Below the pieces are notes generated by a model that saw only the letters and a list, made by a program, of their open reading frames with translations, ran no database searches and was not told the DNA's origin. Source: an uncultured virus (IMG/VR IMGVR_UViG_3300006217_003352) (Duplodnaviria; Heunggongvirae; Uroviricota; Caudoviricetes). From it: a stretch of 64,000 nt of DNA. The stretch is taken from IMG/VR virus record IMGVR_UViG_3300006217_003352; one strand, 5' to 3'. The position numbers and the translations under genes were made by a program. This document shows, piece after piece, positions 36,339-45,107 of this stretch. The stretch's first letter is position 1; each line of letters opens with the position of its first letter.

Positions 36339-37379
36339 TTACGCCGTAAGCGTTCCTCTAATTTCGACGATATGAATTGCATTTGCAAGCCGCGCCGTGA
36401 AAGAGCATCCCGCAAGCGTTCTCGTTGCTTTGTTCGCATCGCCTATGTTTGCCGACGTAGGAACGCTGGTAGTGAAACCGGGGATTTCGTTCCCTTCGTC
36501 GTCGTATTCGGTCTGCGCAATTCCGCCGACGCTCTGTCCTTCTTTCAGCGATGCAATCATCTGGTTCTGAATGAGCGCGATACCCGCATCCGTGTACGGA
36601 ACTTTTGCGTTTTTGATAAACAGATTGTAAATGCGCGTCTGCATATCGTTCAAAAGCCAATCGCGGAAACGTATTACGTCAATCCATTCGCCAGATGTCG
36701 TTTTACCTTCAAGCGTAATTGCCTTACCCGCGCATAACACGTAGTAGTTCAGCCCCGCCGTTTTGAGTTTTGCGATGTCCGAAGCTGTGAACTCGTCGTA
36801 CTCTACGCCCGACAGCGTTTTGTATGCCCACGTTTCCGAACCCGCCTGATAGGTAAGTGCCTTTGCGAGAAAAGCAACCGCGAGATGCGTATTGTTATCG
36901 TTCGTTACAGTCTTCTTCGTTCCGATACCGAAGGCGTAACTGTACGTGGTGGGTACTGGATTTTCTATGCTTTCCGAGCAATCAACCGTATAGCCGAACA
37001 GTTTGCTATTCGACTCCGCCCAATCCGCAACCGTCTTGTAGTCCGCAGGTTCAAAGCCTGCAAGCGCGAGACCGTACCAGCCGTCCATTTCGTTTGCTCT
37101 GTTCAGAACATCAGCAATGCTTTCGCTCGCGCCCTTTTCCGCAACATAGAGCTGCGTAGCGCCGTTCATAAACGCCACAACCGCCGCCTTGTATATCGCG
37201 CTGTTTTCGTCCCAGCCTGCTTCCAAAATTTCGTTTGCGGAAGCATAGACGGCAATGTTTTTAGGCGTAGCGTCATCTGCCGCAATTCCGACAAGCAGAA
37301 TGTTACTGAAACTTGCGCTGCTTCCCACGCCTTCGCTGATTGAAATTTTCACGTTAACGAGATTATCAATCAAACCCAT
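36339..37379 (-). CDS. Tail sheath protein (DUF3383-like)
   Basis: TWAYKTLSGV, GEWIDVI..DWL, KVPYTDAGI, ARLANAIH. Confidence 0.85.
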   Translation of the reverse strand: MGLIDNLVNVKISISEGVGSSASFSNILLVGIAADDATPKNIAVYASANEILEAGWDENSAIYKAAVVAFMNGATQLYVAEKGASESIADVLNRANEMDGWYGLALAGFEPADYKTVADWAESNSKLFGYTVDCSESIENPVPTTYSYAFGIGTKKTVTNDNNTHLAVAFLAKALTYQAGSETWAYKTLSGVEYDEFTASDIAKLKTAGLNYYVLCAGKAITLEGKTTSGEWIDVIRFRDWLLNDMQTRIYNLFIKNAKVPYTDAGIALIQNQMIASLKEGQSVGGIAQTEYDDEGNEIPGFTTSVPTSANIGDANKATRTLAGCSFTARLANAIHIVEIRGTLTA

Positions 37380-37395
37380 TTGTTAAATCCTCCTG

Positions 37396-37998
37396 TTAAA
37401 AGTTATTTTTTATGTCAATGCTATCCGCATCAAGATTTTCTACTTCTTGCGAAGCAAGTTCCTTCGTCCCGCCGCCGCTTGCGGTAGGCTTCCAGTCTTT
37501 TCTCGTTATTCCTGCCAGACCGTTTGCTGTTTGCATAAACTCGACGACATATTCCTGCATTGCCCTATATTCGTAATTCGTATCTAATAATCCAGACACA
37601 TCTTTCGCATCCCCTTCGGGACGTAAAGAGATGTCGTGTTTCGTGTAATACGCATCCGCATAGTCGGACGTGAGAAAGTTCGTCAAATCCACAATATCGT
37701 TCAAAGCGGTATTTACGCTTATCGTTACCGTTTCTCCGTCAATCGCAATCTGTTCATCGTTACCGTGAGTGAAAAGTTGTAACTCTAACATCATTTTAGA
37801 CGGCTTGTAACTTACAGGAGTGTCATTTTCCGTTACCTTGATAGAATGTTGGGTAGCGGTAAGATTCCTTAATTTGAGCGTAATAAACGTGCCTGATGGC
37901 TTAACAAGTTTTCTTTGTTCTGCCCAGATAATGAGCGTATTCGGAAAGTATTCCGCAATAATATCGTGCAAAACCGTTTGCAGTTCGCTTACTGTCAT
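37396..37998 (-). CDS. Neck/tail terminator protein
   Basis: Position upstream of the sheath. Confidence 0.65.
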   Translation of the reverse strand: MTVSELQTVLHDIIAEYFPNTLIIWAEQRKLVKPSGTFITLKLRNLTATQHSIKVTENDTPVSYKPSKMMLELQLFTHGNDEQIAIDGETVTISVNTALNDIVDLTNFLTSDYADAYYTKHDISLRPEGDAKDVSGLLDTNYEYRAMQEYVVEFMQTANGLAGITRKDWKPTASGGGTKELASQEVENLDADSIDIKNNF

Positions 37999-38375
37999 TG
38001 CTCTACCTCCCTATTCGGTTCGCCGTCCTGATTGCCTGCTTCGGAAACTCTAATATAAAGCGACTTCCAATGGCTCAACGGCGTATGCTCGAAGAAAGAC
38101 GACGAAACGCACTCGTACCATTCCCCTGCATAAAACAGTCTGTCTGCACGTAACCCGCGTTCCACGTCTGCGGTCTGCACCTTAAAATCCCCGTAAGACT
38201 TAATGCCTTTTGAAGACCTATCGCCTTCTGGCAATGTTTTCATTTCCGTTGCAACCATAGGCTGCACGTTCAGTAACACCACCTGATCGGTATAAGATGC
38301 CTTGACCGCAAATCCCTTTGCTGTCCTTTGCTCGGAGAATTTACGCAGCGTGTACTTCTTTTTGAAAATGTTCAT
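37995..38375 (-). CDS. Head closure protein
   Basis: NVQP...LPEGDR motif; position. Confidence 0.65.
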   Translation of the reverse strand: MNIFKKKYTLRKFSEQRTAKGFAVKASYTDQVVLLNVQPMVATEMKTLPEGDRSSKGIKSYGDFKVQTADVERGLRADRLFYAGEWYECVSSSFFEHTPLSHWKSLYIRVSEAGNQDGEPNREVEQ

Positions 38376-38386
38376 ACTGCAATCTC

Positions 38387-38851
38387 CTATTTCTTAACAA
38401 TGACGAAGTTAACCGATTGCCGCATCTTGCCCGTGTCAATCAGCGGCTTATCAGAACCCTTCTTCTTAATGGTGGACGGGGCGTTAGGCTCAAAATCGCC
38501 GTCAACGATTTCAGCCTGCACAAGTCCTTTCTGGAACACGCCGATAGACTTCATCATCTGCTCGGCTGTTGTATCTCCTTTTGCAAGCAACGCCATTTGC
38601 TTTTTCAAAAAGGCGTTTATCTGTTCGGCGTGGTTGTCAACGCTATCACGCATAAACGGGCGGGACGGAATATTCTCCGTCCCCAGTTCGTTGTAGACTG
38701 CTATATCGCATAAATCCGCGCTCTCGCCTTCCGATTCGATATTTTCTTCTCCTCGTTGATAGCCTACGCGCACCTGTAACTTTTTCAGTTTTTCGATTTC
38801 CTGTCTAAACTTCTTTCCCGCCTTTGTTTCTTTGTCGATTACTTTTGCCAT
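38387..38851 (-). CDS. Neck/virion morphogenesis protein
   Basis: NELGT..IPSRPF..PNAPSTI.KKG.DKPLIDTG.MRQS. Confidence 0.8.
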   Translation of the reverse strand: MAKVIDKETKAGKKFRQEIEKLKKLQVRVGYQRGEENIESEGESADLCDIAVYNELGTENIPSRPFMRDSVDNHAEQINAFLKKQMALLAKGDTTAEQMMKSIGVFQKGLVQAEIVDGDFEPNAPSTIKKKGSDKPLIDTGKMRQSVNFVIVKK

Positions 38852-39228
38852 CAGTTTTCTCCTGCGGAAACTATCGGAATGATCCGTTGCCGCCTGATAG
38901 ACAGGTACTGCAATCCATAAATCGTCAAAGCGTACTCTGCGTCAACCGCCATATTGTTGCCCTGCGAAACAGAAAAGCCGATTGACGCATCTCCTTCGGA
39001 GAATGAACTCACTCGGAGAGCATCATCGACTTTGCCCATCGTATTATCGCCTTTGCCTGCCATTTTCAACTTGTGCGCCGTGAGATAAGCAATAGCGTGG
39101 TCGTATGTGTTCCCGAACTTCTTTTTGCTTACAAACGGCTTCGCTAATTCCATCCACTTTTCAACTTCTTCGTCTTCGACTTCCGAAAATTCGGTAGCGA
39201 CGAGCCTGAATATTTCAAGTGGCTCCAT
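38851..39228 (-). CDS. Head-tail adaptor (DUF4054-like)
   Basis: YLTAH..L, TIYGLQY. Confidence 0.75.
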   Translation of the reverse strand: MEPLEIFRLVATEFSEVEDEEVEKWMELAKPFVSKKKFGNTYDHAIAYLTAHKLKMAGKGDNTMGKVDDALRVSSFSEGDASIGFSVSQGNNMAVDAEYALTIYGLQYLSIRRQRIIPIVSAGEN

Positions 39229-39233
39229 AGCGT

Positions 39234-39527
39234 TTACTCCTTGCCGGCTTCGGTTTCTTCGTCCGTTTCGGTATTCTCGGTAGTTTCGGTGTTTTCGGTC
39301 TTACCACCTTTCCCGTTGTTCTTACCGCCCTTGTCGGTCTTTCCGCCTTTGTCCGTTTTCGTTTCGCCCTTGTCTTTTGCGGGTTCGATAATCGACACGA
39401 TGCCGAGCGCAACATAGGTGTCAAGCACAACATCCTTGAACGAATCGGGAATATGTGCGGTTTCATCGGGCAGAACCGAAGTCTGCCCGAAGCCGATAAT
39501 TTTACGTCCGATATTCTTAATCTTCAT
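39234..39527 (-). CDS. Small capsid-adjacent protein with low-complexity tail
   Basis: GGAGGTG RBS; KTDKGG and TENTE repeats. Confidence 0.65.
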   Translation of the reverse strand: MKIKNIGRKIIGFGQTSVLPDETAHIPDSFKDVVLDTYVALGIVSIIEPAKDKGETKTDKGGKTDKGGKNNGKGGKTENTETTENTETDEETEAGKE

Positions 39528-39539
39528 ATCGCACCTCCC

Positions 39540-40562
39540 TTACACGCCGACCGCGATAAGCGCGGAAAGCGGATAGTAGATGATTGCGCCCGCCGTTCTT
39601 GCTTCGCAAGGTACTTCGATTTCAAGGCCCTTCGCCTGCAAGGGGTACTGATAGAACGGGAGCGGATGCTCGATAGAGAGTTTTCTCGCGTCCTTCTTGA
39701 ACAAAAGAGCCACGTTCTTGCCCTGCGCGGAATAAGGGTTGGTTTCTTCCGCGTCCGCCTGCAATTCCGCCGCCGAAACGATGTCTTTGATGTACGGAGC
39801 GTTTTCGAGCAAGAATTTCTTAACGGTATAACCCGTGTTCGGAATCTGTCTCGTGCTGATTTCGATATGAACGTCCGCAGGAAGAACAAGCGTATCGGGA
39901 CGCTCTACATTCTTCGTGGTACGAGCAACCTGCTTCTGCATTTCTTTAAGGTCTTCGAGAATTTCATCCGCCGTCTTCTCTGCCCAAGTCGTCTTTCCGC
40001 TGGTCTTTCCAACGGGAACCGTGAACAAAGGAATGTCGTTTTCGGGCGAAAGTACGCCGATAAGTCCGTTTGCTTTATCGCCTATCCAAGCAATCTTGTT
40101 GAGTGCGTAATCGGCCGCATAACGCGCCGCTTCCGCTTTACGAACATCGAGCGATTTACCGGCAAGCCTGCTCGCTCTCATCTCCTGTACGGAATAGCCG
40201 TAACTATCGCCTACGGATTTCACGTATGCGGTGGTCGGCTTTCCCTTTACGTCTGCGCGGGGCAGGTCGGTTGCGTAGTTATTGATAATCTTCGCAACTC
40301 CCGTCCTGTCGTAACTGTAATAGGTAACAGTTTCCGCGCCGGGACTGACTTCGTTGGAAATCGGGAACAGCGTGAGCGCCGTAAGTTCGGGGTATACCAC
40401 GTCGTAAGACTGCGCCTTAACGTGGTCGAGTTCTCTGGCGAAGAATACGGAAGCGTCTTCCGCATCGTCGAATCTCATCGACTTATCTTCCACCAATGCT
40501 TTGGGGATATTCGAGCCGAGAAGCGCCGCGTAGTCGTTCTGGCTGTAAGAAGTTTTTTCCAT
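39540..40562 (-). CDS. Major capsid protein (DUF2184-like)
   Basis: YGYSVQE, PDTLVLP, EVPCEARTAG..IYYP. Confidence 0.85.
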   Translation of the reverse strand: MEKTSYSQNDYAALLGSNIPKALVEDKSMRFDDAEDASVFFARELDHVKAQSYDVVYPELTALTLFPISNEVSPGAETVTYYSYDRTGVAKIINNYATDLPRADVKGKPTTAYVKSVGDSYGYSVQEMRASRLAGKSLDVRKAEAARYAADYALNKIAWIGDKANGLIGVLSPENDIPLFTVPVGKTSGKTTWAEKTADEILEDLKEMQKQVARTTKNVERPDTLVLPADVHIEISTRQIPNTGYTVKKFLLENAPYIKDIVSAAELQADAEETNPYSAQGKNVALLFKKDARKLSIEHPLPFYQYPLQAKGLEIEVPCEARTAGAIIYYPLSALIAVGV

Positions 40563-40579
40563 TTCTGTTGTCCTCCTCT

Positions 40580-41098
40580 TTATTCGGTTTTGGTGGTTTC
40601 ATCCACCTTGTCTACAAAAACAAACGCGGGGGCAATCGCATCGGTTGCCTTCGCGTCAAGGAAAAAGCCGTTCAGTTTGATACCCGTAACGCCTTCTCCG
40701 AGTTCGTTCGTGAAATATCCTGCATTTTCTCCGTCCGTAATGAGATACAGCGGAGCGCCGTATGCGGGTTCCGCATCTGTCGTAATGCGAACATAGATAC
40801 GTCCCTTTGTAAGAACGCCTACCGTCTCGCCTTTGCGAAGCGTAACGTCGCCCTTGTAGTCCTGCTCGTGAGCGTGGCTGTTGATAGCAACGCCCTCAAA
40901 CTTCGCTTTCGTGGAAGTCGTAACGGGAAGCGTTACGTTCTTGCCGGGTAAGGTGCCTTCCACTACGCCGAGACCGAACCTAATCTTCCCGTCCGTCGCT
41001 TCGTTGTTTCTCGTGTCTACGTCGTGGTCGGTAAGGTCGTAAAGGCCACCCGCTACGCCGTGAGCCGTGCGCAAATTATAACTGGTCTGTGCGCTCAT
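40580..41098 (-). CDS. Capsid cement/decoration protein
   Basis: IRFGLGV, VLTKGRIYV; between scaffold and capsid. Confidence 0.7.
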   Translation of the reverse strand: MSAQTSYNLRTAHGVAGGLYDLTDHDVDTRNNEATDGKIRFGLGVVEGTLPGKNVTLPVTTSTKAKFEGVAINSHAHEQDYKGDVTLRKGETVGVLTKGRIYVRITTDAEPAYGAPLYLITDGENAGYFTNELGEGVTGIKLNGFFLDAKATDAIAPAFVFVDKVDETTKTE

Positions 41099-41101
41099 AA
41101 T

Positions 41102-42427
41102 TTATTTACCTCCGTTTTTTTGTTTTTCAATCATTCTGTTTCTTGCCGCATCCGCTCCCGTTACGGTCTGCTCTTCTGCGGCGGTGTCCTTATTGAACAT
41201 CTGCTTACGCTGTTTGTCGGTACCGTTGTCGCTCTTGATTTTCTGCTTCGTAAGGTCGAACAGCGCGTCGATGTAATCATCGCTTTTTCCGTCAAGGCGC
41301 ATATCGGGGTATACCGATTTGATAACGGTTTTCTTGCCGTCTTTTACGGACATAACGTCAACGCCGTCGAGATGCAACTGGTCTGCAATTCTGATAACGT
41401 CAATCTTGCTGGCTACGAGCCTGTCGATTGCCGCCGAATCGAGATTAAGGCTTTGCGACTTGCTTTCGTCGCCGTCCTTCTGCACGGTTCCGCAATCGGC
41501 ATCGTTACCGTCTGCGTTAGCGCCGGCAAAGTCTCTCTCCGCCCTCAACTGTTCGATCAGTTTGAGAAGCGCGTCGATGTCCGCGTCCTGCTGCGTAATG
41601 GTTTCAAGGGCAGTCTCTTTCGAGTTGGATGCCGTTTCTGCGTCACGACGGTCACGACGTTCTTTAACGCTCTGGACGACATCTTCATCGTTAGCCTGCT
41701 CTTCGGGATTGACGGTAGTTGTCACTTCTCCGTCAGGCGCGGGCGTGGGTTCGCCCGTTGCGGCATCTCCGTCCGTACTCGTAGTTGCCGCGTTTTTCTT
41801 TGCGATGAAATCCGCAATGGCTTCTTCAAGTTCTTCGGGCGACAAGCCGCTGTCAGTCTTGTTCTGTTCCATTTCTGGTCCTCCTGTTAAATTTTCTTTT
41901 TCGTCGATGTTTAGACGAGCCTGTTCTCCCGCTCTCGCGGCTGATACTAATGCCAAATGGTTCACTCTGATGTTTCGCTGAATTGCGTCATAGGGCTGCC
42001 CGTTCCATTCGCCCGGCGTTTCGTCAAGGTCCAAATCGTAACCGAGAGATAATTCACGTAATCCGGTCTTTAATGCGTCCGTGTTGTGTATTACGATTTC
42101 TACCCGTACATTCTCGCCGTCCTTACTGGCTGCCGTAAGCATAGTACCTATGGTTTCCTTTTCTACATTGTCAGTCGTAACGCGCCCAGCGCGGTGCGTG
42201 ACAATGATAGGCTTTCCCTTATAGGATTCTAAACTTTCGGGGGCAAACACCTCTTCCGGCAATCTCAACTCGCGTCTGATAGAGCCATCGGGGTTCATAT
42301 ACTCGAATATTCCAACCGTCGTGACAATCGGGTGGTCTATTAAGAAGCCTTCGTTTGTGTAATAGGTCTCGTCAACTTTGATGCTGTCAAGCCTTGTTAC
42401 CCTTTGCAATTTCGGTATTTCGTTCAT
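41102..42427 (-). CDS. Prohead protease/scaffold (DUF2213-like)
   Basis: ELRLPEEVF..SL, ELSLGY, NHLALV..ARAG; acidic scaffold-like C-terminus. Confidence 0.88.
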   Translation of the reverse strand: MNEIPKLQRVTRLDSIKVDETYYTNEGFLIDHPIVTTVGIFEYMNPDGSIRRELRLPEEVFAPESLESYKGKPIIVTHRAGRVTTDNVEKETIGTMLTAASKDGENVRVEIVIHNTDALKTGLRELSLGYDLDLDETPGEWNGQPYDAIQRNIRVNHLALVSAARAGEQARLNIDEKENLTGGPEMEQNKTDSGLSPEELEEAIADFIAKKNAATTSTDGDAATGEPTPAPDGEVTTTVNPEEQANDEDVVQSVKERRDRRDAETASNSKETALETITQQDADIDALLKLIEQLRAERDFAGANADGNDADCGTVQKDGDESKSQSLNLDSAAIDRLVASKIDVIRIADQLHLDGVDVMSVKDGKKTVIKSVYPDMRLDGKSDDYIDALFDLTKQKIKSDNGTDKQRKQMFNKDTAAEEQTVTGADAARNRMIEKQKNGGK

Positions 42428-42826
42428 TTATTACCGTCCTCCTTGCTTGCGTTCTGAAAAAAGCAATTCGACAACGCAACCACTATCTTCTGACAATGTT
42501 CAACGCCGTCGATTGCAAGTCCGTCGAAAAGCGATACGGTCTCAACGGAATTTTCGTGTCCCGTTTGTATGACTATCGCTCCCGATTTCATACTTCCGAT
42601 AATCGCGTCCGCTTCAAGTTTCAAGCGTTCGCATAACTGAATAACTAACTCGTTCATACTACCTCCGTCAATCGTTAATGGGTAACGGTATGCCCATAAC
42701 GTCTTGCGTAACCACAATCTTATCTTGCTGAATAATTATCGTGGTGTACGGATTTCCTTTCTCGTTTAAGAGTTTGATGACTGCTTCTGCAGCAGCCTTT
42801 AATTCTTCGTGCGTTACTCCGTCCAT
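42424..42826 (-). CDS. Two small genes (42424-42657; and 42668-42826, 52 aa MDGVTHEELK..., missing from the ORF track)
   Basis: GGAGG RBSs; fill the gap. Confidence 0.55.
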
Positions 42827-42837
42827 AACTAACCCTC

Positions 42838-43758
42838 CTATTTGATTTTGATGTCTGCCGGTATGTTCAGCGTTTCGATATTAAAAACGGGCAATGCTAC
42901 GCATCTGCAGCGGTAATCTTCGCCGGGATGCGCTCTTCGCCCTGTCTTTTCGTCTACAATCGGCGGTGTGTCCCACCGATGTTTTGTTCCGTCGAGCTGT
43001 GCGTGTCGTTCTCTTACGCGCTGGTCTTTTGACGAACTCCAAATATACTCTTCAACGCCGCACTCCGTTTGTTGTTGCTGCGTAATCGAAGCGTTAAGTT
43101 TTGCAAGTTGATCTACCGCGTAAAACCGCGCCTTATTGCGCGATACGCTAAATCGTTCCTGAATTTCTTTTACTATGTCCCGATTTGACCGCCCGTTAAG
43201 AAATCCGTCTTCAACGATTGCCTGCATCTCCCCAAGCACTTCTTCTGGAAGCGTACTGATAAGGCTTGCATTTTCGTCTGCCCAAAGTTTTAACTGTTCC
43301 CTGTAAAACTCGCCCGAATAGTAATCGTCAAGAATGTTGATTCCGAGCGTTCTCGATACTTCGCGTTTCCAATCTTCCGTAGATAGCCGCTTTGTCAAAT
43401 TACCGATTTTGTTAATCTTCTCCGACAGGTGGAATGCCTGTTCTTCGTTGTGAAAATCGTCGCCCGCTTTTCGGAATAGCCGCCTGATAAGATTTACGAG
43501 ATTGTCTTTGAACCCGTCTGTTCTGAACCCCGCTTGTGCTTCCTGTAGCGGCTCCTGACCTATGAAAAGCAACCGCGTGGTATTTAGTAAGACTTTCAGC
43601 AAAAGGTCATAGTAAGCGTTTATGACGCGCTGATATTCCCTTTCAAGGTTTTCCTTGTATCGAACCTGTATTTTACAGTTCAGTTTCTGTCTTCCGTTGA
43701 ATTTCTTTTTAACGGCTTCCTTAACTGCAACCCGATTTCTTGCGTCGTTCACGCTCAC
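42838..43758 (-). CDS. Minor head protein (SPP1 gp7/Mu gpF family)
   Basis: YIWSSSKDQRVRERH..LDG..HPGEDYRCRC. Confidence 0.9.
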   Translation of the reverse strand: MSVNDARNRVAVKEAVKKKFNGRQKLNCKIQVRYKENLEREYQRVINAYYDLLLKVLLNTTRLLFIGQEPLQEAQAGFRTDGFKDNLVNLIRRLFRKAGDDFHNEEQAFHLSEKINKIGNLTKRLSTEDWKREVSRTLGINILDDYYSGEFYREQLKLWADENASLISTLPEEVLGEMQAIVEDGFLNGRSNRDIVKEIQERFSVSRNKARFYAVDQLAKLNASITQQQQTECGVEEYIWSSSKDQRVRERHAQLDGTKHRWDTPPIVDEKTGRRAHPGEDYRCRCVALPVFNIETLNIPADIKIK

Positions 43759-43784
43759 ACCTCCTTTCCGTGATTTCGATATAC

Positions 43785-43811
43785 AAAAAAGAGCAGATCA
43801 CTCTGCTCTTT
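43785..43811 (-). terminator. Terminator after the Bro-N cassette
   Basis: AGAGCAGA/TCTGCTCT stem flanked by T-runs. Confidence 0.7.
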
Positions 43812-43830
43812 CCTTGCGATTGCTATGTAG

Positions 43831-44334
43831 TTATGCTAACTGTTGCCGTAAGATAAGCAACTCCGCGATAATCTTATCTATCTGCGCCATTGTCGGCTGC
43901 GCGATAGCCTGTTGTGCCGCCGCTATTTCCTGATGTTCCGTTTCCACAGGCTCTACGTTCTTGTACGGTCTGATAGGCTCGTTCTCGTCATCGCAACCTT
44001 TGTTATCAATCATAACCGTGTCTAACAACCAACCGCAAAAATCTGGATTGTTGCATTTCGCGTCAAGCAACTGTTTGACCGCATCGCGCCGTAAGCAATA
44101 GGCTTTCGCAACGCCGCGCTTTCTGGTATCGAATACCACCTGCCTGATTTCGGCTTCAAGGTGTAAATCCCGAATGAACCCGCCCGCTTGACTGTTGCTT
44201 TGATAGCCGAGCGCCCGCGTTATATCCGTAGCAACCGCAAGTTTCGTTCCGTCCGGATTGATAAGAACCCGTATTTTCGTGTCTGCGTCATAAGCGTATA
44301 TGTAGGTGCTGTAAGTGTACGACATTCTATTCAT
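43831..44334 (-). CDS. Bro-N-like (antirepressor-type) protein
   Basis: IRVLI..DG..AVATDITRALGY and F..WL..TVM pattern. Confidence 0.6.
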   Translation of the reverse strand: MNRMSYTYSTYIYAYDADTKIRVLINPDGTKLAVATDITRALGYQSNSQAGGFIRDLHLEAEIRQVVFDTRKRGVAKAYCLRRDAVKQLLDAKCNNPDFCGWLLDTVMIDNKGCDDENEPIRPYKNVEPVETEHQEIAAAQQAIAQPTMAQIDKIIAELLILRQQLA

Positions 44335-44536
44335 TTGCCGCCACCTCCCCGTACCACGCTTTTTGCAATGCCGCATAACCCTTTTGGAACATATCGGTTA
44401 CTATGTAATAAGCGTTCTGAATATCGTTCACGTTCGGGCTGTCCGTAATTCCTATGTTCAGCACGTTCGTGAGAGACTGGACCTTTCCGAGTTCTATGAT
44501 GGCATCCTCGACTTCCAATGACTTGTTCCGCATCAT
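44327..44536 (-). CDS. Small helical hypothetical protein
   Basis: GGAGGT RBS before MMRNK. Confidence 0.6.
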   Translation of the reverse strand: MMRNKSLEVEDAIIELGKVQSLTNVLNIGITDSPNVNDIQNAYYIVTDMFQKGYAALQKAWYGEVAANE

Positions 44537-44944
44537 TGCGACCTCCGATAATTTTTTCTGCTTTACTGCTGAAATTATTGACTTCGGTCTCAAAATGCGG
44601 TATAATGATTTTGCTTTCAACGATGTTGAGTTTCCGCATTTTGAAACCTCCGTCGTTTGAGACCTTCTACGACCTGTTAGGACTGCATCTCCTATCAGGT
44701 CATTTTCTTTTCAGTTTTCATAGCAACTACCTCGCTTTTTGTTTGATTTAATTTGTACTTTCAGTCTAACCCAAATTAAACCGAATGTACATCGGAAAGC
44801 AAGGAAAATTACCGAAGTTCCGAAGATTATAAGAAAGCCACCGAAAGCAATCTGTAATTACGGAAGTGTAAGCGTAAGCAACTTTTAATGGAAATCTTAC
44901 GCTCTTGTAACGACAAAAATCATAGGAAAGTGCGTGCGATTTTG

Positions 44945-45080
44945 CATATACTTTCCTATTGTTTTCTATACTTTTATTTCCTATACTATACTTTATGTAC
45001 TTCTGCCCCAGATAAACGAGTTAAAGCGAATATCTGTGACAGAAATAACGATAAAGCGGAATTATTGCCGCAGAAATGGC
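44945..45080 (-). repeat. Origin-like element 2 (inverted relative of element 1)
   Basis: CAGA(A/T)A(A/T) repeats at 45009, 45040 and 45071 (31-bp period) next to ATGTACT and a CTATA-rich tract. Confidence 0.6.
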
Positions 45081-45107
45081 GATTTTCGCCGTTGCCGCGA
45101 CGTTGCG

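Noticed and set aside
35454..41981. Long plus-strand ORFs (35454-36737, 39453-40796, 41024-41890, 41319-41981)
   Set aside because: They lie antisense to well-supported structural genes, lack recognisable motifs and are best explained by codon bias.
44763..44791. Another member of the promoter family upstream of the Bro-N cassette
   Set aside because: The flank resembles the family and -10 reads TAGACT, but the -35 is poor and there is no spacer palindrome; too weak to call.
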